Assembly: GCA_042577295.1 (NCBI GenBank)
Contig: JBHPEE010000003.1
Coordinates: 1-52,111, forward strand
DNA: 52,111 nt
Direction of reading: 5' to 3'
From: Fidelibacterota bacterium
GTDB taxonomy: Bacteria; Fidelibacterota; Marinisomatia; Marinisomatales; JAHJCW01
This document shows positions 36,927 through 45,164 of this stretch, piece by piece (the first letter of the stretch is position 1; every line of letters starts with the position of its first letter). The position numbers and the translations under genes are program-made. The notes below the pieces were generated by a model that worked only from the letters and a program-made list of their open reading frames with translations, did not search any database and was not told the origin of the DNA.

Positions 36927-37520
36927 TTAGAATTTTTGAATTTCGAAATTTTCTACCCAAATCAACTCACAAGAATGGCTACCATTATCAGCACGACTTA
37001 AAGAACTGACCCAACGCCAACCACCTTTCGCATCAATCCTTATTAAATTACCACTAAATTCGACTATATCGCCTTTGTGTGTACGGTTTATCATCGATCT
37101 AACTGATTGATTCGCAGGTACGAGATGCATATTTCCACTGTGGGTTTCAATCTCTCTCCTAGGAATAGGAAATTTATCTGTCCGCCATCTGTACCAACGA
37201 TTTGATTGCGAGATATCGATAAGGTCCAACACCTCTTCATCAGACATCCTTCCCCAGCCTAAAGCCAAGTCTACGGGTGATATATTTGATTCTCGCCCCG
37301 AACGGTAATTCTTCTTGGAAAGCACTTTAGCTTTAATATAAAAATTCGCTAGAGGGGTAATAGTATATTCTTTAAATGGAAAGCTTTGAGGGGAGACTAT
37401 TTTTACTTGCCTTGGAGGGGAGGGCGCTAATACACCAGGGCCAAACCTAACAGCGCCATTTCTTAGGAAAACAAACCACAAAACAGTTAGGGCTAATAAA
37501 AAATATATTATTTTCTTCAT
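36927..37520 (-). CDS. Conserved-looking hypothetical exported protein (cassette gene)
   Basis: N-terminal hydrophobic helix; SPVDLALGWGRMSD, SQSNRWY, HSGNMHLVPA, WVSSLSR.D and CELIWV. Visibly more GC-rich than its neighbours. Confidence 0.75.
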   Translation of the reverse strand: MKKIIYFLLALTVLWFVFLRNGAVRFGPGVLAPSPPRQVKIVSPQSFPFKEYTITPLANFYIKAKVLSKKNYRSGRESNISPVDLALGWGRMSDEEVLDLIDISQSNRWYRWRTDKFPIPRREIETHSGNMHLVPANQSVRSMINRTHKGDIVEFSGNLIRIDAKGGWRWVSSLSRADNGSHSCELIWVENFEIQKF

Positions 37521-37610
37521 TTATGTTATATTATTCTAAATAATGCCTTTTAAAATGATTTCAAACTTACATAGAAGACGGTTATTATAACTTATGTGAA
37601 AAATAATCTG

Positions 37611-37735
37611 GAAAATTGTTTGAGATTGTGTAAGTCCTTATCTCACTACAATCACCCTACCCACTTAAAGTAGGTTGAAATTTCAAAAATGGTTGAAAAA
37701 ACGAAGTGTGTCCCTAATTAGGTATTATTTGACTT
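37611..37735 (-). repeat. Repeat copy R7 (full, core 37707-37735), tRNA-proximal
   Basis: TTTGAGATTGTGTAAG..TATCTCAC...CCCTACCC..AAAGTAGGTTGAAATTT...CGAAG TGTGTCCCTAA TTAGGTA TTATTTGACTT. Confidence 0.9.
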
Positions 37736-37760
37736 AGTTACACTGATTCCAAGAAACACA

Positions 37761-37784
37761 AAACCTCGTCGTGAAACGAGGTTT
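37761..37784 (-). terminator. Terminator downstream of tRNA-Arg
   Basis: AAACCTCGT-cgtgaa-ACGAGGTTT. Confidence 0.7.
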
Positions 37785-37792
37785 ATCTTCAG

Positions 37793-37866
37793 TACCCCGG
37801 ACAGGATTCGAACCTGTGGCCCACAGCTTAGAAGGCTGTTGCTCTATCCAGCTGAGCTACCGGGGC
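37793..37866 (-). tRNA. tRNA-Arg (anticodon TCT), CCA not encoded
   Basis: GCCCCGGTAGCTCAGCTGGATAGAGCAACAGCCTTCTAAGCTGTGGGCCACAGGTTCGAATCCTGTCCGGGGTA folds into a cloverleaf. Confidence 0.97.
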
Positions 37867-37989
37867 AATTTAGAGGCGGAAATTAGGGTATATTATAAAA
37901 ATATTTAATAAGAATATCGGTAAAATCATTATTTTTAAATGAAAAATAATAGCGAAAATACTATCGACGGAACATCGACGAGAAATCCC

Positions 37990-38018
37990 TTGCTATTTTT
38001 TACAGATATTTGTACACT
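37990..38018 (+). promoter_or_regulatory. Possible sigma-70 promoter
   Basis: TTGCTA-N17-TACACT upstream of 38075. Confidence 0.45.
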
Positions 38019-38074
38019 TATCCTCGAGAGAACAGCATTAGATATATATTATAATAAAAAATAGGAGAAAAATT

Positions 38075-38302
38075 ATGGCTGAAAAAGTAAAAACATGTGG
38101 AGTAAAAAAAGAATCCGGCTTTCTTTATTATTTAGATAAACAAGGTGATGTATCACGTTCACAAATGGCTCGCGCAGGAAAAGGCGGCGGTAATGCAGAA
38201 AAAATAGCGACTGTCGGTGTAAAACGTGAAAGTGGATTCTTATACTTTATTGATAAAGATGGCGATGTAGCACGTGCAAAAATGGCTCGCGGACGTAAAT
38301 AA
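38075..38302 (+). CDS. Small basic two-repeat protein, CC1-like DNA-binding candidate
   Basis: Two copies of AEK..T.GVK.ESGFLY..DK.GDV.R..MAR; AGGAG RBS; own terminator. Confidence 0.6.
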   Translation: MAEKVKTCGVKKESGFLYYLDKQGDVSRSQMARAGKGGGNAEKIATVGVKRESGFLYFIDKDGDVARAKMARGRK

Positions 38303-38317
38303 ATAAAGTCTTTAATT

Positions 38318-38349
38318 AAAAAAAGCCTTCTTTAGAAGGCTTTTTTTTT
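38318..38349 (+). terminator. Rho-independent terminator
   Basis: A-tract, GCCTTCT-tt-AGAAGGC, T-tract. Confidence 0.85.
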
Positions 38350-38400
38350 ATTTAATGTTAATTAATCGTTAATTACGTTATCTAAATTTCCATATAAAAT

Positions 38401-39684
38401 ATGAATATTTTTTCCTTTACTAGATTATCTATAATAATATTGTTTTTGTCATTTAATGTGGTTTTTGGTCAAAATCCAATAGTAACAAGCATTGAGTTCA
38501 TTGGTTACAACAAGTTAAAACCATATATTATTGAAAGAGAAATACTACATCCCATTGATGTTCCATTAGATTCTTCACTGGCTGAAGCCGATCGTCAACG
38601 TCTTGAAAATTTGGGAATATTCAGTATTGTGACTTTACAAGTATTCAATCAAAACCAAAATGAAGTTATACTTCGATATACAGTAATTGAATCATGGCGG
38701 TTTTTCCCGATGATAACCCCGGTTTATGATGAGAAATGGGGATGGTCCGTTGGAGCAATGTTAATGATCAATAATTTTCGAGGCAGGAATGAATCTTTTA
38801 CTATCCAAGGTCAGTATGGTGGACAGAATACAATTGGCGTTGCATTTGTTAACCCATGGATTGCCGGTGATCACATATCATTTCAATTAAGTATTGGAAA
38901 TGATATTTACAGTCATAATATTTTACCATATGATATCAATAGCAAGCACCTGCAATTAGGGTTTGGAAAATACTTTAACAATGACATTCGAGCAAAAATT
39001 GGATTTAAAATAATTGATAAAACTTATTCAAATGAATTGGAGGGCAGCAGAAAATTCAGCTATGTTATTCCCTTCCTAAATCTAAGGCATGACACTAGAG
39101 ATCTATATGCTAATCCGAGTAAGGGAATCCTCATTTCCAATAATATCTATTATAGACTTGATACCAATGGTGATAAAAACAATCAATTAGTTTGGAACCA
39201 ATCAACAAGTTATTTTAAAGAAATTAATGGTGGTAGCAGAAATACGGTAGCAGGTGTTAATATTTCAAATCTATTATCATTTAGTAAAACACTTGATGTT
39301 TGGTACGATTACTTAGGTGGAGCGTATACGATTAGAGGATGGAACGTACCGAATCAAAAATTATATACTGGCGGTGATCAATCCTATAGATTTGGTATGA
39401 ACTGGATTACGGCTTCTGCGGAGATACGGCAAACAATTGTTCCAAAATTTGCAACAAGGTATAATAATGAATTCGGACTGTCAATTGTAGCTTTTACCGA
39501 TATCGGAGTAATTAATAACAGTATTTCTGAACTATTGAGGGAAACACCTTTATTGGGATTTGGAATAGGGATAAGAGTTCCATGGCCTGTCATAAAATCA
39601 TTAAGATTGGATTATGGTTGGTCATTCTATAATGGAAAATATATGGAGCAATCACTCCATCTAGCTTTTGGCGAGAAATTTTAG
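38401..39684 (+). CDS. Omp85 (BamA/TamA-family) outer-membrane protein with one POTRA domain
   Basis: IEFIGYNKLKPYIIERE...RLENLGIF POTRA, NFRGRNE, LGGAYTIRGW, GFGIGIR, LRLDYG and C-terminal GEKF. Confidence 0.82.
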   Translation: MNIFSFTRLSIIILFLSFNVVFGQNPIVTSIEFIGYNKLKPYIIEREILHPIDVPLDSSLAEADRQRLENLGIFSIVTLQVFNQNQNEVILRYTVIESWRFFPMITPVYDEKWGWSVGAMLMINNFRGRNESFTIQGQYGGQNTIGVAFVNPWIAGDHISFQLSIGNDIYSHNILPYDINSKHLQLGFGKYFNNDIRAKIGFKIIDKTYSNELEGSRKFSYVIPFLNLRHDTRDLYANPSKGILISNNIYYRLDTNGDKNNQLVWNQSTSYFKEINGGSRNTVAGVNISNLLSFSKTLDVWYDYLGGAYTIRGWNVPNQKLYTGGDQSYRFGMNWITASAEIRQTIVPKFATRYNNEFGLSIVAFTDIGVINNSISELLRETPLLGFGIGIRVPWPVIKSLRLDYGWSFYNGKYMEQSLHLAFGEKF

Positions 39685-39687
39685 GAT

Positions 39688-40350
39688 TTATTTATTTTTT
39701 TTAAATATCATCGCTTTTTCAAAGCGATTTTCCGTACCATTTCTTAGACGCACAATATTACTACGATGCGTATAAATTGCAAACCACGGTATTAACAAAG
39801 CGAAAATTAGTAATGATAATGAACCTTGCTCAATTCCAAAAATCGGTAGGATTAGTAATATTATAGGTAAGGCAACAGTTGCCATAATTGAGCTCAGAGA
39901 AACATATCCTGTTAAAATTAACGTAATTACAAAAGCTAGTAAACACAATGGAAATGCAATCGGGAATAACGCAATTAGCATCCCAGCTAAAGTACCAATA
40001 CCTTTTCCACCACGGAAACCGGCGAAAATTGTATAAGTATGACCTAATACTGCTGCAAAGCCGCATAATATTTGAATTACTCCAACATCAGCAATAGACT
40101 GCCCTTTTAAAAGTATTGTGGCATAAATTGCTGTTGGCAGCCATCCTTTGAAAATATCAATAATTACAACTACCAAGGCTGGTTTCCAACCTAACACTCT
40201 GAAAACATTAGTTCCGCCGGCATTACCGCTGCCATGCTCACGAATGTCGATTCCTTTTACCAATTTACCAAAAATAATACTTGTTGGAAATGATCCGGTT
40301 ATAAAGCTCAATAAAAGTAATAATAGTAACTGTAGGTATGATTCAATCAT
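39688..40350 (-). CDS. plsY: Glycerol-3-phosphate acyltransferase PlsY
   Basis: DIREHGSGNAGGTNVFR, DIFKG, GH...FRGGKG and HRSNIVRL..GTE. Confidence 0.95.
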   Translation of the reverse strand: MIESYLQLLLLLLLSFITGSFPTSIIFGKLVKGIDIREHGSGNAGGTNVFRVLGWKPALVVVIIDIFKGWLPTAIYATILLKGQSIADVGVIQILCGFAAVLGHTYTIFAGFRGGKGIGTLAGMLIALFPIAFPLCLLAFVITLILTGYVSLSSIMATVALPIILLILPIFGIEQGSLSLLIFALLIPWFAIYTHRSNIVRLRNGTENRFEKAMIFKKNK

Positions 40351-40354
40351 TTAT

Positions 40355-42133
40355 TTAGTTTTCCTGTATTTGAACTGCAATACCCATAGAGTTAGTTCCG
40401 GCATGAGTTCCCAGTCCGGGTCCAATTTTTGAAAAGAATACATTTTCCTTACCAATCTTATTAATAAAATATTCTTCGAATTTGCGAGCACGTTGTTCGC
40501 AATTACCATGCGCAATACCAATTCGATATTGTGAATTAGGCGGTATTTTTTTTTCAACGTATTTAATAAAACGATCATAAAGATTTCTTTTGCCAAATAG
40601 TTTACCATCGGATACTATTGCACCTTTTTTATCTATAGTTAGAACTGGAAAAGCATGTAATAGATCAGCAACGGTTTTCTTAGATTTAGAGATACGGCCG
40701 CCACGGACAATGTATTCAAGGGTATGTAATAACACATAAATTCTTGTATTTTTTATCGCATTATTTATATCATTAATAATTTCATCACTAGATTTATTGG
40801 CTTCAATTGCTTCTGCTGCCCGAATGGCGATCAATCCTATTCCAATAGACAGACTATTAGAATCAATAACAGTAGTTGGGAAATTAGTCAGTACTTTTGA
40901 TGCTGTTAGGGCTGACTGCATAGTACCACTAGTTATTGCAGGCAAATGAATTGAAATGGCAGATTCATAATGCGTTGCTAAAAACTGATACTGCCGTCTA
41001 AAGTCTCCGGGTGTAGGTTGGCTTGTTTTAGGATGAACCGGATTATTTTGTAATTCATCCCAAAATTCCTCACTAGAAAGCGTTACCTTATCAATATAAT
41101 GTTTATCACCAAAATTTAATCTTACCGGAACGACATGTATATTTTTTTCTTCTAGGATGCTATCAGGAAGATCGGCAGTTGAGTCTACAACGATAGCAGT
41201 GCGTTTATGTTGTTTATGTGCATCTTTTTGTTGTTGAAGCATATCATCGGCTTTGTCTTTAGATACTTTGCCAAAACTTCGACAAATTTCAAATACGGTT
41301 TTTGGATTATCAGTATGAATATGTATTTTTGCTTTATGTTTTGATCCAGCGATAATTAATGAATCTCCAAGCACCATCAACTGATCTTTTAGTTTTATTC
41401 TATTAACATTCTCTCCATTAATAATGCACTCAGTACAATATCGATACTTTTCGTTAATCTCTATATTTTTAATTTTAGGTTTTAGTCCTCGAGGAATCGT
41501 TATATTACGTATTTTCCCTTCGCTTATGAATTCTTGAATTCCATTTAATAAATCCACAAATCCTTGTCCACCTGCATCCACAACTCCAGCTTTGGCTAAC
41601 ACTTTTAATTTTTTCGGTGTATCTTTTACAGATTTTTGAGCAATTTTTAGGGCGCGCTCGAGAATCTCTACAAAATCAGGACATTTATTACTTAATTTAT
41701 GTAATGCGTTTGCCCAATCACTTATGACGGTTAAAATAGTCCCTTCAACAGGATTAAGTAAGGCTTGATATGCATATTGTTTACCAATTATTACAGCTTC
41801 TGCAAATTGTTGTGTTGTCACTTTAGTGTGATTATGTAACCCTTCGGCCAGTCCGACAAGAAATTGAGCAAGAATTGAGCCGGCGTTGCCCCTAGCTCCA
41901 TCTAATGCAGAATCGGCAATAAGATTACTCATGTCAGATATATTGGAATGAACATTTTGCTGAATGTCGTTTTTAATCTCCGACAGAGTGTATGCCAGAT
42001 TTGTACCGGTATCTGCATCGGGAACCGGAAAAACATTTATTTCATTAAGATAGTCTTCTCTCTCAAGTACTCTCTGTAATCCCGCTGATAATACGCGGTA
42101 CAGTCGAATTCCATCTAAATATTTAATACTCAT
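40355..42133 (-). CDS. DAK2-DegV fusion (fatty acid kinase FakA/FakB-like)
   Basis: LNEINVFPVPDADTGTN, GARGN, PVEGTILTV and VVDAGGQG; then DSTAD, KTSQP, SGT and GTHAG (DegV). Confidence 0.9.
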   Translation of the reverse strand: MSIKYLDGIRLYRVLSAGLQRVLEREDYLNEINVFPVPDADTGTNLAYTLSEIKNDIQQNVHSNISDMSNLIADSALDGARGNAGSILAQFLVGLAEGLHNHTKVTTQQFAEAVIIGKQYAYQALLNPVEGTILTVISDWANALHKLSNKCPDFVEILERALKIAQKSVKDTPKKLKVLAKAGVVDAGGQGFVDLLNGIQEFISEGKIRNITIPRGLKPKIKNIEINEKYRYCTECIINGENVNRIKLKDQLMVLGDSLIIAGSKHKAKIHIHTDNPKTVFEICRSFGKVSKDKADDMLQQQKDAHKQHKRTAIVVDSTADLPDSILEEKNIHVVPVRLNFGDKHYIDKVTLSSEEFWDELQNNPVHPKTSQPTPGDFRRQYQFLATHYESAISIHLPAITSGTMQSALTASKVLTNFPTTVIDSNSLSIGIGLIAIRAAEAIEANKSSDEIINDINNAIKNTRIYVLLHTLEYIVRGGRISKSKKTVADLLHAFPVLTIDKKGAIVSDGKLFGKRNLYDRFIKYVEKKIPPNSQYRIGIAHGNCEQRARKFEEYFINKIGKENVFFSKIGPGLGTHAGTNSMGIAVQIQEN

Positions 42134-42155
42134 GATCTAATTATTGTATATATAT

Positions 42156-42785
42156 TTATGGAAGTTGATTATTCTCAGATGCGACCATTCCACCGGAAAT
42201 TAAGGTTTTTAATCCCTCCTCTATGCTTAATCCTGATTGTCTTAAATCTTTCTCTTTAACAAATAACATAAATCCTGATGTGGGATTTGGTGTGGTCGGT
42301 AGAAAAATATGGACGTATTGTTCGCCGCTTTTACTTTTTGAATAAGCAGTAACAAATGCTAATGTCCATAAGCCTTTCCGAGGATATTCTATCAGTACAA
42401 CTTGTTTAAAACTCCTCTTACCTGGCATTGCTAAAGTTTGCATAATTTGCCGGGACGACGTATAGATTGTACTAATCAAAGGTACTTTTTCCATAATACT
42501 TTCAAAAAAAGTAAATAACCGTTTTCCAATCACATTGCTAACAACTGTTCCGATAATAAATATAACCACCAAAGCGCCGATAAATTCAATTATATTTGCA
42601 AGAATTTCATTATTACTAAAAAATGTAATAGTTCTTAAATACGGAATATCAGGAGCAATCCCAATTATGAACCGTAATAATAGGTATGTAATATAAATCG
42701 GCAATAATGTTAGGATTCCGGTGATAAAATTATTTCTTACTATTCTAACAGGAGTTTTTTTGGTGGTTTTCTTAGTCATGTTCAT
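42156..42785 (-). CDS. DUF502 family membrane protein
   Basis: VVLIEYPRKG and FLPTTPNPTSGF...ISGG. Confidence 0.88.
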   Translation of the reverse strand: MNMTKKTTKKTPVRIVRNNFITGILTLLPIYITYLLLRFIIGIAPDIPYLRTITFFSNNEILANIIEFIGALVVIFIIGTVVSNVIGKRLFTFFESIMEKVPLISTIYTSSRQIMQTLAMPGKRSFKQVVLIEYPRKGLWTLAFVTAYSKSKSGEQYVHIFLPTTPNPTSGFMLFVKEKDLRQSGLSIEEGLKTLISGGMVASENNQLP

Positions 42786-43284
42786 CTGAATTTAAATTAT
42801 TTCTTTCAAATTCGAGTAAGTATTTTTTCATTTTTAAGCCACCTGCATAACCTCCAAGGTTACCATTTTTTGCAATTATTCTATGGCATGGAATAATAAT
42901 TGGAAGCGGATTGCGAGCGTTGGCAGTTCCAACTGCTCGAGCAGCTTTTGGATTATTTAGTTTTTGTGCGATTTGGCTGTATGAAGTAGTTCTGCCGTAT
43001 GGAACCTTTGCTACTTCAGCTAATACTTTTTTATAGAATGGAGATGCTCCTATTTTTGTTTTGATATTGAAGACTTTTCGTTTACCATTAAAATATTCGG
43101 TAAGCTGATTAATTGTATCTTCAAAGCCGGATTTGTTTTCAAAAAAATCTATGTCAGGATAATATTTTTGTAATATTTGTTCTGAGATTACTTCATTTGG
43201 TAAGTATACTCTTAATAAACTTTCGTCGTCCCGGACTAATCCTAAAATTCTAACCGGTGTATCGATATTTGTATAATAAAGCAT
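42772..43284 (-). CDS. ogt: Methylated-DNA--protein-cysteine methyltransferase
   Basis: VPYGRTTSY, ARAVG, NPLPIIIPCHR and GGYAGG. Confidence 0.93.
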   Translation of the reverse strand: MLYYTNIDTPVRILGLVRDDESLLRVYLPNEVISEQILQKYYPDIDFFENKSGFEDTINQLTEYFNGKRKVFNIKTKIGASPFYKKVLAEVAKVPYGRTTSYSQIAQKLNNPKAARAVGTANARNPLPIIIPCHRIIAKNGNLGGYAGGLKMKKYLLEFERNNLNSDEHD

Positions 43285-43285
43285 A

Positions 43286-44161
43286 TCATTTCCTTTTGTA
43301 ATTTACTAATAAGGCACCAAAAATAATCAAACTTGCGCCAAATAATATTAAAAATGATAATTGTTCACCTAAAAATATCCAGCCAATAATAATAGCCAAT
43401 ATGGGTGGAAAGAAGGCAACATAAGTAATTTGTGATAAAGATAGATAGGCGAACAACCAGTAATAGAGCGAAAAAGTAATGACTGATCCAAATACAATTA
43501 AGTATGCTGTAGCAAACAAATTAGTTTTAGTCCAGATCATTGCCTGTCCGGGCTCAGTGAGAATTGCAAAAGTAAATAAGAATATACCTCCAATACTTTG
43601 AGACATAGCATTTAATTGAAAGGTATTAACCTCATTCTTATATTTCTTAAGATATGCATTCGGCCATGATGCTACTAATACTGCAAGTAAAATAACTATA
43701 ACTCCAACACCAACGTTGTGACCACCTAAGTTTTCACTCTGTGAAATGATTAAGACAGTCCCTATTATTCCCAATAATAAACTAATAATTTTCTTTTTAT
43801 TTAGCCGTTCACTAGGTAAATAAAAATGAGCCATAACAGAAGTAATTATTGGAAAACTTGCCCACAGGATTGAGGCCAGATTAGAATAAACATATTGAGT
43901 CCCCCAATATGTTAAAACATAACTAATACCAAAATTAAATAAACCAAATTGCATATAAATTGAAAGTGCTCTTTTATTTAGGGGTAGTTTTTCACGGCGC
44001 ATTAACATAATTATCCAGAAAATTAATCCACCAAATAAAAAGCGTATACCAACAGCGTAAGAAGGCACCATTCCTTCGTTAAGACTAACCTTAAGTGCGT
44101 ACCAAGTTGTTCCCCAAATTATTGAAAGCAGGGTATAGGCAATATATATCTTGGTTTTCAT
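43286..44161 (-). CDS. EamA/DMT family transporter
   Basis: IIWGTTW, about 10 TMs and FLGE motif. Confidence 0.88.
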   Translation of the reverse strand: MKTKIYIAYTLLSIIWGTTWYALKVSLNEGMVPSYAVGIRFLFGGLIFWIIMLMRREKLPLNKRALSIYMQFGLFNFGISYVLTYWGTQYVYSNLASILWASFPIITSVMAHFYLPSERLNKKKIISLLLGIIGTVLIISQSENLGGHNVGVGVIVILLAVLVASWPNAYLKKYKNEVNTFQLNAMSQSIGGIFLFTFAILTEPGQAMIWTKTNLFATAYLIVFGSVITFSLYYWLFAYLSLSQITYVAFFPPILAIIIGWIFLGEQLSFLILFGASLIIFGALLVNYKRK

Positions 44162-44183
44162 AATAAAATGAAGTATAAATATA

Positions 44184-44208
44184 ATCGCCCTGTGATATAC
44201 AGGGCGAT
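44184..44208 (-). terminator. Hairpin after secF
   Basis: ATCGCCCTGT-gatat-ACAGGGCGAT. Confidence 0.6.
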
Positions 44209-44237
44209 GTAAAAGTTTACAATATAATTAGAAGGTC

Positions 44238-45164
44238 TTATTTTTGCTTGGTATGGAGTAAGGCTACAATAGGACTTGCAATATAAATGCTAGAATAAGT
44301 ACCTACAATTACACCGACCATCATTGCAAAAGCAAAATTATGTATTACTTCGCCACCAAATAACCATAATATCAGCACAACAAAAAATGTAGTTAATGAT
44401 GTGACTACTGTTCTGCTTAACGATTCATTTACACTAGCATTAATGATAGTTAAATAATCATCACGGCGGCGAATTTTGATGTTCTCACGAATTCTATCAA
44501 AAATTACAATTGTATCGTTCAGTGAATATCCAACAATTGTTAAAAATGCTGCAACGATTGGAAGGGATATTTCCAAGCCAAGGATTGAAAATATACCAAG
44601 AGTTATTAAAACATCGTGTGTAAGCGCTGCGATTGCGCCCAATGCAAATTTAAACTCAAATCGAATAGAGATATAGATAAGAATTAAACCAAGAGCGGAG
44701 ATAATTGCCATGATTACCTTACCGCTGAGTTCCGCCCCAACTTTTGGTCCAACTTTTTCGATACTTAATATAAAATCTTTAGAATCTTCCGGTACGTTTT
44801 CTGGAAATGATTTATAAAAATGATCAATAATTGCTTGAGCTATATTGCCATGTTCCTCTTCCTGGCTTGCAAGTCTTACAGAAATACTTGCAGGAGTCCC
44901 GAAATGTTTAATTTCTTGTTTGCTGTAATCGTAAGATCTGCCCTCAACATTTACATCGGTTAAGGAGTTGCGAATGTCGTTTACATCCATTTCTTTAGTG
45001 AAATGAACTGCCACCATTGTTCCACCTTCAAAATCGATGCTAAGTTTTGGTCCGCCATGTGATAATAGAGAACCTAATCCTAATAAGATAATCACTCCGG
45101 ACAGGATAAATCCTACCCGCATTTGTTTCATAAAATCTATATTCGTGTCTTTTATAAGTCTCAT
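44238..45164 (-). CDS. secF: Protein translocase subunit SecF
   Basis: IDFEGG, VGPKVGAEL, HD, GYSLNDTIVIFDRIRE and GTYSSIYIA. Confidence 0.96.
   Translation of the reverse strand: MRLIKDTNIDFMKQMRVGFILSGVIILLGLGSLLSHGGPKLSIDFEGGTMVAVHFTKEMDVNDIRNSLTDVNVEGRSYDYSKQEIKHFGTPASISVRLASQEEEHGNIAQAIIDHFYKSFPENVPEDSKDFILSIEKVGPKVGAELSGKVIMAIISALGLILIYISIRFEFKFALGAIAALTHDVLITLGIFSILGLEISLPIVAAFLTIVGYSLNDTIVIFDRIRENIKIRRRDDYLTIINASVNESLSRTVVTSLTTFFVVLILWLFGGEVIHNFAFAMMVGVIVGTYSSIYIASPIVALLHTKQK

Noticed and set aside
36826-36933. Repeats as classical integron attC sites (R6 has CTAAC at the stop codon and a distal GTTAGAT)
   Set aside because: Other copies have GTGAGAT-type sequence instead of GTTRRRY, the intervening sequence is not an end-to-end palindrome, and no intI is visible.
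35602-37735. Repeats as a CRISPR array
   Set aside because: Units are 80-140 bp and diverged, the intervals are whole genes of 0.3-1.8 kb, and no cas genes are present.
32984-37800. Prophage or ICE with attL/attR at tRNA-Arg
   Set aside because: I found no duplicated tRNA 3' end (GTACCCCGG) and no integrase or structural genes.
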